Assembly: GCF_006345805.1 (NCBI RefSeq)
Contig: NC_043002.1
Coordinates: 69,626,001 to 69,690,000 of the forward strand
From: Octopus sinensis
Taxonomy: Eukaryota
Reading direction: 5' to 3'
DNA length: 64,000 nucleotides
This document shows, piece after piece, positions 14,996-28,361 of this stretch. The position numbers and the translations under genes are program-made. The notes beneath the pieces are model-generated. The model was not told where the DNA came from, made no database searches, and saw only the letters and a program-made list of their open reading frames with translations. Position 1 is the first letter of the stretch; each line of letters starts with the position of its first letter.

Positions 14996-15480
14996 CGAGT
15001 GAAGTAGTTAGTGAGAGAAAGAGGGAGAGAGAGATTGCTAGAAAAACATGCAGAGAAAATGAGAGCGCAGATAATCTGCATGTGTGTTAGCATTATAATA
15101 AAGAAATAAATATAATGAGAAACTTACAGGTCGGCCATCTTTACCAGCTGGTCCACGTTGTCCCTAAAAAAAGAAATACCAAATGCTATTAATTTCGAAT
15201 ATCTTTATCACGTTAATCACTATAAATGAATATTTTCTCACAGGAAGCTATCTTCTTTACTGAAATGTGTGGTGCAAAATTTTGAAAATAGAAGAAAATA
15301 AAGAAAAAAAAGAAAAATATATATTTAGATGGAAATACTCACAGCGCTTCCGGGGAGTCCGGGTGGTCCAGCTTCTCCATCTTGACCTGGGTTTCCAGAG
15401 GATCCAGTTCGGCCCTACAATTAATGAAAATGAAACATCGATGATAAATAATTTCAAATATCAAGATCTCCCTCATTATT

Positions 15481-15517
<37 letters not shown>

Positions 15518-18177
15518 ATAAAACGGTAAGATAACAAAAGAAAGAAAGAGACCTCAATATTATGTAAATAGAGAGATGCAGTACGGAATTTTGTCAGTGA
15601 ACAGGTCGCTGTTTCAAATCGACGAAAATATTTTGACAAATTCAATTTAAATGTTGAAGTGTGTTTTTAGATGGCTTATAAACACCATCTGCACTGCAAT
15701 TGTTTTTGTTTCAGCACACGATCTCAGGTTAGATAATTTGCTATGCAAGTACATCTCTGTTGTATTATATATATATATCATCTTTTTTTCTTTTACTTGT
15801 ATGACTGCTGCAGCCATACTGGGTCATCGCCTTGAAGGGCTTTAGTCGGACAAATCGACCCCAGAGCTTATTTTTTTCAAGCGTAGTATTGATGTTATCA
15901 GGATCTCTTTGCCAAACTGTTAAGTTATGGGGTTATAGGGGACATAAATACACCAAAACCGGTTGTCAAGTGGTGGAGGTGGTAAACGATGACGTCAGAT
16001 GAGTGGAATGAATATAAACTTACTCTTGGTCCAGAAGGTCCAGCGGGTCCTGGAAGTCCAGCCTCTCCATTGCTACCTTGTGGTCCAGGGTTTCCAGGCA
16101 TACCTGGGGCTCCTGTCCATCCTTTGTCTCCCTAAAGTTTTGTAATACAAAAGAAAATATGACGTCACTGAAATCATTACGAAGTTATACAATTGACTAA
16201 AATCAGATTTTAAAGAGTAATTGACTATTACGCATGCGTGTATTAGGCTTGTGTTTATAGTTATAGTTATAAATGCACGGGGAGAAACATTACCTTAGCT
16301 CCAGAGTGTCCGCGTTCTCCGGTTTCACCAGCAGGGCCAGCAGGTCCCTATAAGGTAAAAACGCAAATTTTATAGTTACATCTATATTTATTCATCAATG
16401 AAGGTATAAACATGCTCACTCACACAATATGTATATACATATGTATACATACGCATACATACATACATACATACATACATACATACATACATACATACAT
16501 ACGCTCACAGTGAGTCTGATGTTCTTATAATCCATACAATATTGGACACTTATAGCCATTTCTAAAATTATTGGTTCTAAAGTGTCTACCCACTCACCGC
16601 TTTCATTTCTAGAAATATTGCGATTTAAGTAAAGACTCTCATCGAAAAAATAAAGTATTGTCTTAAACATGATATTGTCTTCTTGTGTAAATTCGTAACT
16701 TTTTACTTTGGAGACTAGAAACAGCAAGTTTCTAAAGAGCAAAGCCAATAAATGTGAAACTTATGTTCATCTCGAATCATTTAATATTTGACACAAAAGT
16801 TGTCTATAATAGCAGAGTAGTATAGTAATAAATTTTTATACATCTTGATTTTAAAAGGCTGCACCTGGAATATCTTTTGATGGCTTAATATTTTATCGTA
16901 TGATATACTAATTATCTAGATAATTAGATCAGAGTTTTGTGAGCCATTTGTTACTGATGAAGCCTCTGAAATGCCGTTAACACCGATCTTCTAACAAAAA
17001 ATAATCCTATAGAGTGAAATAAGTTATAAGGAGAATGCTATCATCGATACATTTGTTTTAAAACACAAATACGAAAAACATTTAGATACACAAACTTGTT
17101 CATATAAAAAGTTAAAGCAGAAAATTAAATTTCATTTTTAAAGGTAGCTTCAGTTAGAAGTATAATTAACAATATACTCACAGTAGGTCCACGGGGTCCA
17201 GTTGGTCCTTGAATTCCCATTGGTCCACGTTCTCCCTAGAACAAAACAGGCATTGCATAATAATAAGAACAAACGCTTCTGATAAAGGCACAAAGTTTCA
17301 AATATAAGGGAGGAGCGACAGTTGATTAAATGCACACCAGTGCTTCAGTGGTACTTTATTTTAACAATCTTGGTGGAATGAAAAGGGGAAACTAATCTTG
17401 GCAGGATTTGAAACCAGAAGAGAATGGGTCGGGAGAAATATCAGCGTTCTAACAATACTCTCAATTCACCGCCACAATGATAATGATAATTATGGTTTCA
17501 AATTTTAGCACGAGGCCCGTAAGATCGGGGGTGGAGGTAAGTCAATTACATGAACCCGACAGCTCCACAGCTACTTAATTTATCGACTCCGAAAGGATAA
17601 AAGCAAAGTCGACCTCGGCGGTATTTGAACTCAGAACGCAAAAAAGCTGCAATAAATACTTTAAAGCATTTCTTCTGACGCTCTGCCAGTATGCCAATAA
17701 AAAGAATAATCAGACAAAGCACAGCAAAGACTGCTGCACATATAAGCAGTGAGTACTGCGCCTTTAGAGCAGAGAAAATGGGTGGGAAATTCTTAAATGT
17801 TTTCACGTCAAAGAAATGGCAAACTGCTCAGTGGAATTTAGGTACTGAATTGAAAGTGTCTGTGAATACGATCAGGCATGGCAAGCCAGTTCTGAGCAGA
17901 CGCTTTCAATATTCCCGTTGTTCTAAGATGATTAAAGGAAGTACTCCGACGAATGTTTTGGAGACAAAAAACTATTACAAGCAAGGATAGAAACGTTATA
18001 GTTTCTGCTTTTTTTACGTATTTGTGTGAAAATAAGAAACAAGGAGGACAAAACAAAATATTTTACATATGTGTGTATGGTATGTATATACATGTTTATA
18101 TATGTGTATATGTGTTTGTGTGTCTATATAAATATGTGTTTGTATTATTATGTGTGTGTATATAAATATATATATAT

Positions 18178-18224
<47 letters not shown>

Positions 18225-21200
18225 TGAACAAATCTAGAATACTTACGCGTTCTCCACGTTCACCAGAGGGTCCAGGTTGTCCAGTTGGTCCACCCAATCC
18301 CTAAAAGAGCAATATTTCCACTTTTAGTTAACACTCAACAAAAATTAATAGCATTTCTTACAATTACCGGTCCAAGGGGTTTAGATGAAAAGCAAAGTTA
18401 ATCTGGGAGGTATTTGAACTCAGAAAGTAAAATTTCGCAATTAATTCGTTAGACACTTAGTGAGATACTCTACCGATTCAGCCAACCCATAGTCATATAA
18501 TTTTAGTCCTGGCTTTTGATAATTTAGAAAATCTTGAAGAAAACAGTACATAAAAATTATTCAGTAAAGCGAAAATAACACTCATCAATTTTTAGTAAAT
18601 ATATTTACCTGAATACCAGGTGCACCTTGAGATCCAGGTGCTCCACGTGGTCCAGCAGGTCCTTTCTCTCCAGGTCGTCCGAGGAGACCGGGTGGTCCTC
18701 TTTGTCCGGCTTCACCCTTAAAGGAGAAATGTGATCACTTAATTTTTTAAAACCTTTATATTTAAATATATAGATCAGACAGACAGACAGACAGACAGAC
18801 AGACATAGACAGACGCTTACATGCCTACAGGCACACACACATACAAACACATGCATGTAAGTATGTAGAGATAGACAGAAAAACAGATGGACAAGGAGAC
18901 ATGGTCATAGAGACAGACTTAGTTACAGAAATACAGAAAATGAAACCCATGACATTAAAATAAACAGAAATGGTAGATGATATTTAAATTTTGTCAGATT
19001 GAGGGAAAGTATGAAATGATTATAAACAATGTGAATAAGTATAAGTTCTAGTTATAATACGTACAGCAGGTCCCATTTCTCCGGGGTTTCCAGCTAATCC
19101 AGGGGCACCGACAGGTCCAGTCAATCCTGGTGCGCCATCAACACCATTTCTTCCGGGTTCTCCAGGAGTACCCTAAATTAAGGAAAATTTAATACAGTCA
19201 GTACAATGATTATAATTCCGATCGTGCTGAACAAATTCGATGAGACTCTTGAGAAAACTATTAAGCTAGTGATAACCTCGTCCAACTTCACTGATCTTCA
19301 TTTTCTCAGTTATATCTCTCCCTAATTTTCTTCCTTCACTTCTTTGATATCTTTCACCATCAACATCTTCATTGATAATTTCTTGTTACTTCACAGAGGT
19401 TACTATATCACTTCAATGATATCTTTTTCTTCCTTTACCGAAATAATCATTTTTTAATATACTAGTAAGCGACTAGTATATTTATTTCAAGATGGTACTT
19501 ATATCTTATGGCTCTCGCACATTCCAAATGGTCCCTACACGCTGAATCTAGTAATGATTAGATATTCTTGACTAAACCCTAATATTTTGATTGATAAATA
19601 CTTAAGGAAAACGAAAACTCTGTAAAAGAATCATGTTTAACTTACAGCAGCTCCAGAAAGGCCACCAGGTCCACGTTCACCTTGTTGTCCAGGGAATCCA
19701 GGGGATCCTCTCTCACCTTGTGGTCCAGCAGGTCCAGGGGCTCCAGCAAGTCCCTAAAAGGTTTAAGATTGGAAAAATATATTCAAAGAATGTGAACAAT
19801 CTAAAACAAAATCATTATTTAAAACGGGTTACTGAAAATAATTCAGTCAAAATATTATTATTATTGATATATATCCTAGTTACGAGCATATTATTGATAT
19901 GTATAATAATGTTGCCGTATATAATATTGATATGGATAATTTTATATATATATATAACGAATGCGAAGAAAAGATTCTAGGTGAGGGACATCAATGATCT
20001 CGAACAAAAACAAAGCATGTGTAACTAGTGAAATGAAATAGCACTGCGGGGGATAAAAACGGTATCGCAGAATTAGAGTAGTTTGATTGCACATTATAGC
20101 ACAGATACTGTCATTAAGGTATTGAACGATAATGTCTTGAAAGCAATACTTACAGTGTTACCGCTTTCACCTCTATCTCCGGGTGCTCCATCATTACCAG
20201 GGGTACCTGGGGCTCCAACTTCACCAGGATTTCCGGGGATTCCAGATTCTCCTCTTTCTCCCTATAAAGTGAGCAAAAGAGAAAATAACTTTATTCATAG
20301 AAAACGAAGCAGAAACAATATAACTCTTAAGGAACAATATAGTTATTTTAAATTCTAACATTATTTTAATGCACAATGCCACATATCCTAAGGGAAGAAA
20401 GTAATTGATTAAATCGACTCCAGCACTTGTGTGCTGAAGGCGCAACACCTAGTAATTAAGGTGCTCAACTCACGACTATAAATGTCAAAGGATCAATTCT
20501 TAGACTGGGCGGCGCGTTGTGTCCTCGAACAAAGCACTTCATTTTACGTGGCTCAGTCTCCTCGGTTGTAAATGAATACTAATCGAGTGGTGGTGCGGCT
20601 CTCTTTCCTTTCAGCTGTCATACTCTGAATATTCCGTTGAGTCAAAGGGTGAGAGTGTTGAGAGAGTGTCTATGTATGCTCACGACTACATACGGCAATT
20701 AGCTAAAACATGGTATATGTTACCAAGCTATATACGTTCGTAGGTGAGAGCTGATTTTAAAATTGAGGGCTATTGCTCTTATCCGAAAGGATGAAAAATA
20801 AATCGGTCTCAGCAAAATTTACTCGCCAAAATGTAAAGAGAAGTAACTAAATACCGCAAGATACTTTTGTTCGGGCTGTAGCTATTCTGCTATCAAATGA
20901 TATATTGACAATTTCAACCTGCGTTAGATTTCGGTAAAACAAGGTTTGTCTTGTAGCATTAGAGTTGGTGTCTATATCTGTAGCATTAAGCAAAGAAGCG
21001 ACACATAATTCTTCTCTAATTAAATTTATTGCATGTTCTTGACTGTAATTGATGCAGAACCTGTAATCTATACGACTGCTACTTTTAATCAGTTTATTAC
21101 ATTTTTTTGTTACCAATCTAGTACATCTATTCTAGTTCATCGCAGGTATCTGGTTAAAAAATACCGTGTTAAATAAACCTGTGATAAGTGAATAATAGAA

Positions 21201-24029
21201 TGTATGGAGGAGAAACAGGTTTCGTTCCGAGATCCCGAGTTGTCCTAAGCATTGTGGATGGTCCTTGGAGTGCACCTTTGCCGTCCAAGCTGAATCTTTG
21301 ACTGATCACAGATCCGTGTATCACAGATCAATTCTTGATAAGCGTAATGTTTATTCACTTATGCGTACTGTGTTATCCCAGATCAGTGATGAGTTGCTCA
21401 GTGATAAACGAAGAGAGTTGTATTTTTTTTTTTGCTTTAAAGAAAGTCTTGTTTGATATTATTCTTATTCGGAGATGAATACTGGATAACGAGTTGCTCT
21501 AGTCCTATATGTTTCGAATAAGGTAAGGTCATTTTAAAAGAATTCATCACATAAAAAGAAAAAACAAAACTTGAAATGTGTTTTCCAAGCATAATATTTT
21601 TACATTGTAATGTAGAAAGGACTACCAAATCATTCTATTGCATTATAGCTATGTAAATCAAGACAAATTTCGAAGTTGTACGAATATCTATATTTAACTA
21701 TATTAAAATTAAAATGTCTGATTATGCTTACAGGTGGTCCCATTGGTCCAGCGGGTCCGGGTTTTCCTGCAAGACCTGGTTCTCCACCAATACCTTGTGG
21801 TCCAGCATGTCCTGGGGTTCCAGCGTTTCCGGGAGTTCCAGCAGCTCCACGGTCTCCTGTTGCTCCACGACGACCAGGAGATCCATCTTTGCCCTAGAGC
21901 AGAAAATATAAAGAAACATGATTTGAATGTTACTCAACCAGAAAAAGAAACAAGTTTTTAGACAACATCTATGCAGTTAGAAAATATGTTTAAGTTGCAC
22001 ACTTGTCAGCTAAGTTAACTTGTAACGATAATAAACAATCGAAAATGACTGAGGCGTTTGACTAATAAAAATCTTATTGAACTAAAGGACGATTTTTGAT
22101 ACTAAATATTCGTGAATTCGACATTTATAACATCAGTGCCATTTATACATACATGTTAGCATCACGCAAACTTTCAGAATACAAAATATACATACATGCA
22201 AGCACGAGTGTGTCTGTGCATAGCTATGACGATTACATATAAAGATTCATAATAAATAAACGTATAGTACTAGAAAAGAATATATGTAAACGTTGTTATC
22301 ACTGATGATAAAAGTAGACCTTAGAATAATTACATCAACGATGAGGCATCTAGTAAAGTTTAGAGAGCTATAATCATGTCGTGATGTCATTTCCTATCTT
22401 AAACTTTACTGTCTTGTGATAACAGCATAAAGAACACAGATCAACTTGCTCTCTTTATAAACTTAACTTTGGCATCATGGTTATCCTTATAATCATCGTT
22501 TTACGTTCGTCTTCCCATGTTTCCACGTGACGTCCGTTTTCCCATGATTGTGTCTCTCTTCCAGCCACCTAGACCATTCTTCAACCATACGTTATGTTTT
22601 CCCTGAATTTTCTATTCGACAGCTCCCTTGCATTTGGATAGCTTTGAACTTCATTACCCAACTGCCATCCTTCGTCACATATCTACACTAGCGCAGTCTC
22701 CTCTCTGGCACCCTATATCTAATTTTTTTACACCCGATTCAGTTCTTCTCTGTCGTTCTTGCATATTAACATTACACATAAAATAGTATTCGGAATTACT
22801 TACAGCTGCTCCGGTTGCTCCGGCTTCACCAGCGGGTCCACGTTGTCCAGAAGGTCCTGAGGGTCCAGGTGGTCCTATATCTCCTTTACCTCCTGCAACT
22901 CCAGCGGGTCCCTATAGAAATGATAAAAATTAGGATATCATTGTTCAATGAAACATATATCATCAAGTTTATGATGTTATACTAGGAAGAAACACTTTAA
23001 AACAACAGAGTTACTATCATAAAAAATATTGGTTTAATATCTGTTTATCGGTCAAGCAAGTATAACAGAAAAATATAAAACTGATTGCTGTATAATAAAA
23101 ATCAAATATTTATTTACGCCTTTGAATTTAACCAGTAAATAATTTATTTAAATAAACTTACAGCAGGTCCGGGGGCGCCTTGGGAACCTGGTGGTCCGGG
23201 AAGACCACGGTTTCCAGCTCCTCCTGGGGGTCCAGCTTCTCCACGAGGTCCACTAAGACCACGATCTCCTTTGGGGGCGGGTGCACCGATAGGTCCGGCA
23301 GGTCCTTGGGTACCAGGAGCTCCAACTTCACCGGGAACACCGGCTTCACCATCTTTTCCGCGTGGTCCTGGGGCTCCCTGGAGAAAGGCAGCAATTGTTT
23401 AGATAAAAGCACTATCAATAATAAATCGTATAATAATGCTTATGTAACAAAATCAAGGTTATTTTCTCGTTTTGCACTGTTAAATCATCAAAAGCATAGA
23501 GATTATAATTTAATATATTTGCTTCTTTAACGCATTATCTGTTTGTTTTTAATTTTAAAAAAATTGTGCCAATAGAAAATAACATCACGTTTCAAAGATA
23601 AACCTTTTGAAATATGACATAATTAATTTCTATTTATGAGTTTAACATGCATTGACGGTGAAAGAGTCTGTGTATAACAGAAAGAATGGAATATATAGCC
23701 AGATCTATGATAGGTGAACTATAAATGATTTTATTAAGACTGCACTATCTTTTCGAGGTCACTGTAAAAGTGCTCGATTAAAACACCCTCTGGTTTTACA
23801 CCGAAAACTAATCGTTTGAAAGATTTTTAATTTGATTTACACTACAATTTCTGATTGGTGCTAAATAAAATATGAAATAAAAAATGTTTTCTTACAGAGT
23901 CTCCTTTAGCTCCTGGTCCACCAGCAGCGCCTCTTTCTCCGGGAAGTCCCTGTAACAGAAATACAGGAATAAATAAAGCTAACTTAAAAACAGTGTTATT
24001 AATTTAACACTCACTCTTCGTATTCAATT

Positions 24030-24068
<39 letters not shown>

Positions 24069-24446
24069 TCCTGAAGTAGATGCAATGGAGAAAATTAAAA
24101 TAATATTGGAATTAGAAATATTAGCGTTAATGAATTAATGAAACAGATCTAAAATACTTACGATAAGTCCTGGTTGTCCAGTCTCTCCTGGGTTTCCTAC
24201 ATTTCCTTGTGGTCCCTAAACATTAAAAAGGAAGCAGCGTTGATTAGAATAAATGACCATCAGTACTGTAGTTCGTATTAAAATACAAAAATAGTTATTA
24301 TTTCCAAGTTCATTATGGTGTTTTCGTACAACTTAATATGCACACACACATACACACACACATACACACACACACTTATGAACATACGTACTTGTATAAC
24401 GGCAGTCATACACAAATATATTATGTATGTATGCATGTATGTATGC

Positions 24447-24479
<33 letters not shown>

Positions 24480-26308
24480 TGTATGTATGTATGTATGTAT
24501 GTATGTATGTATGTATGTATGTATGTATGTATGTATTTAGTTTTATTTCAAGATTTCATGCCAATACAGACAGAGTCGGTTTCCAACGTAGATCTAAGGC
24601 TTCTTCACTGGAATTTCAACAACATCAACAAGATATTTCTGTACGAGAATGCTTTTTCTTCGAGATTCTTCTTCGTAGAGTTCAAACCGGTCATTAACAA
24701 AGAGACAATGCTTTCTGAGTTTAGACAGTTCCCGAAGTCTGTAACTATATGGTAAGTTAGTGTATGCATATATGTAGGAACAGTCACCTGCACTTATCAC
24801 ATGAGGTATTCTTGCGCAATCACGCTTGTGTGAGTATGATAACATTTTGAATGTGCCTGTAGAATCATATAACCAAATGTGTGCACATATTCATTTAAAG
24901 AATCTGAAATGCAGAATCTTTGGAATGCATTGCAGATTTTTATTGTGCTGCCGATAGATTGGATTTGGAAGATGCGTGTCAGTTCTTTGCCTCTGCACGT
25001 GCATCTCTTATGTATGATATCATTTACATATTATTAACCCGCTATCAGACACACACATACATATATATATATCCGCTATCAGTATTTTGTACTTACGGCC
25101 TCTCCGGCTTCACCAGCTGGTCCAGAAGGTCCTCTCTCTCCGGGAGCTCCACGGGGTCCACTTGGTCCAGGTTCACCAGCGAATCCAGGTTCACCCTATG
25201 AAATAAGTTGCATATATATATATATCTTAATTTATTTTTAAAATGTGATAATGGTGATAATAACGGCAATGTTAAGAGACAGAACAAATGGAATGTTTTT
25301 CTCTATTTCTTAGTGAATCTACTTCGACACGTCGGTATTATTCTGAGTTGTGCTTCCGCATGTATCGAGTAAGTCCCTTGTTCCACTAAAAATGGTAAGG
25401 ATAGTAATTTTAAAATTCTGTAATATACCATTACTGTCGAACTACAATGAACTAAATAGCTTATCTTTCTAGTTTAACTTCACATTACTCCATTTTTTTT
25501 TTTCATTACTTTATGTTGCTTTTGTCATTCAATGACGTGAGTTTGTAACAATTTGATGAGACAGGAAATACTTAAACCTTTATTTCCTTAAATCTAGTTT
25601 CTGAAGGATCTTCTGCGATAATACTAATTCATAATCTCTTAAGCTTACTCTATCTACAACTCACTTAAAATTTTTCTTGTATTTTCGAAAATCTTAACTG
25701 GGCTATACTTTGGAAGCGAAAATAGATACCTGAATAAAATACATTATGAATATTATAAAATTAAGATTTATACGTATTTTATGCAGTTTGTTAATCATAA
25801 CTTTCAACTTAGGAATAATTTCGAGTATTGATGACTTTAGTGGTGTGGTGGTAATGGTGATGATGATTTAAGTGGCTGAAAATAATACTGTTAGTAGATA
25901 TTGTTGAACTTATACTCACTCGTTCACCAGGGGTACCAGGTTGTCCAGCAGGTCCGGGTGGTCCAGTTTCTCCTGGGGTTCCATCGTTTCCTTTAGCTCC
26001 AGGGGCGCCAGCCATTCCCTATGATTGAGAGAGAAATAGGTTTTCATTTCACATATAAATTTTAGGTTTCTTCAAACAAAAATTTATTAGCATAATTTCA
26101 TTATAAAAAGTTATACGAGTACAATTCAAAATAAAATACGTCTATATGATATGTAAAAAAAAAAAAAAATTATTAATTCCTCGTATACGACTAGAGGGAT
26201 TGAAAAAGAAAATTATGCAACTTTCATACCTCACTCAGAAACATTTTCCGTTGACTCAGTTTTACTCAAAAACTTTGGGTCAGCCGAATACTAAATTAGG
26301 AAATAACA

Positions 26309-26354
<46 letters not shown>

Positions 26355-27679
26355 ACACACAAACTTTGCCGGACACGTAACGCAGTGGGATCTAACTTGG
26401 AACATCCTAATTGTGAAGCAAGCTTGTTAACCACTGGACCACGCTGCGTCCACACGCCTACACACACACACACACACCACACACACACACACGCACACAC
26501 AAACACACACATTACACGAAACACAAGCAAATATACAGCTACATACTCTTCTTTTTTACTCTTTAACTTGTTTCAGTCATTTGACTGCGGCCATGCTGGA
26601 GCACCGCCTTTAGTCGAGCAAATCGATCCCAGGACTTATTCTTTGTAAGCCTAGTACTGATTCTATCAGTCTCTTTTGCCGAACCTCTAAGTTACGGCGA
26701 CGTAAACACACTACTATCGGTTGTCAAGCTATGTTGGAGGACAAACACCGACACACAAACATACACACACACACACAAATATATATACATATATATGACG
26801 GGCTTCTTTCAGTTTCCAGCTACCAGATCCACTCACAAGGCTTTGGTCGGCCCAAGGCTATAGTAGAAGACACTTGCCCAAGGTGCCACTCAGTGGGGAT
26901 GAACCCGTGTCCATGTAGTTGGTAAGCAAGCTACTTACCACACAGCCACTCCTGTGCCTATAGAAATATTTCTAGCATAAAACTAGGAAGTATGAGGGTA
27001 AGGGCAAGTCGATTGTATCGACTCCAGTGCATGACTGGTATTTTATTTTACTTATCTCTCTAAAGAGATAAAAGTCAAAGTCGACCTGGGCAGAATTTGA
27101 ACTCAAAAGTGTAAATAGCCGGAAGAAATGCCGCTAAGCTCGCTGACTTACATATGTATAATAGATATATTACTTACTTGGAATCCAGGGCTGCCAGCAT
27201 TTCCTGTGGCACCACGTTCTCCTTGAGATCCCTAGAGTATTTGTATATTTTTTTTAATAGAAAAGGAAAGAAAAAATTTGAGATTTTGAAATTTCATGAA
27301 AACAGACAAATGAAAAATTAACTGAAAAATATGTAGGCGAAATAAAAACAATGAACTCTTTTTTGTAAAGAAATATATAAGAATGTGTGCGTATATGTGG
27401 ATGTATGTACATATGTATCGAGCGTGCTACACGGCTGGTGTAGTGAATGGGAAAAGCTTGCAGTCATGTATGCTTGTCAAGAGCAGGGCTCATTAGCCAC
27501 CAACGGAGCCACAAATGCAAAATATAAGTTAATCCTAGAGTGCACAATGTTCCTGAAGGTCAGCAATGGTCTTTCTCGGTCACGAGTGGACGGCCATCAT
27601 GTATATATGTTTGTATGTATGTATGTATGTATGTATGTATGTATGTATGTTGTATGTATGTATGTACGCGTGTATGCAT

Positions 27680-27753
<74 letters not shown>

Positions 27754-28322
27754 TATGTGCGTATATGTGTATATACGCGTAAGTGTATGTATATACATAA
27801 ATACATTGTATATATATATATATAAAGTTGGCACTCCGTCGGCTCGATGACGCATGTTCTAGAAGTTGATCCGATCAATGGAACAACCTGCTCGTGAAAT
27901 TAACGTGCAAGTGGCTGAGTACTCCACAGACGCGTACACTTAACGTAGTTCTCAGTGAGATTCAGCGTGACACAATGTAACAAGGGTAGCCCTTTGAATT
28001 ACAGGTACTACCCATTTTTGCCGCCTATAAATGCATACGTATGTATATATATATATACAGGCATGTATGCAAATATATCTACACAGCTTTCTCTATATAT
28101 ATGTACACACATATATACCACATGCAAACATCACAGAAGGAAAAACAAAGAAAATTCAAATATACCTGAGGTCCTGGGGCACCAACTGGTCCAGCTTCAC
28201 CTGGGGCTCCAGCTTCACCTCGAACACCTTGGGGACCGGTGGCTCCAACATCACCATCTCTACCGGCGGGTCCCTAAAATGGATATTAAAGTACGCATAT
28301 TATTACATTCGTATATAGAACA

Positions 28323-28361
<39 letters not shown>

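Noticed and set aside
18609-18716. GPPG-LLG as a collagenase site
   Set aside because: It lies ~70 residues C-terminal of the homologous 775 position; a look-alike only.
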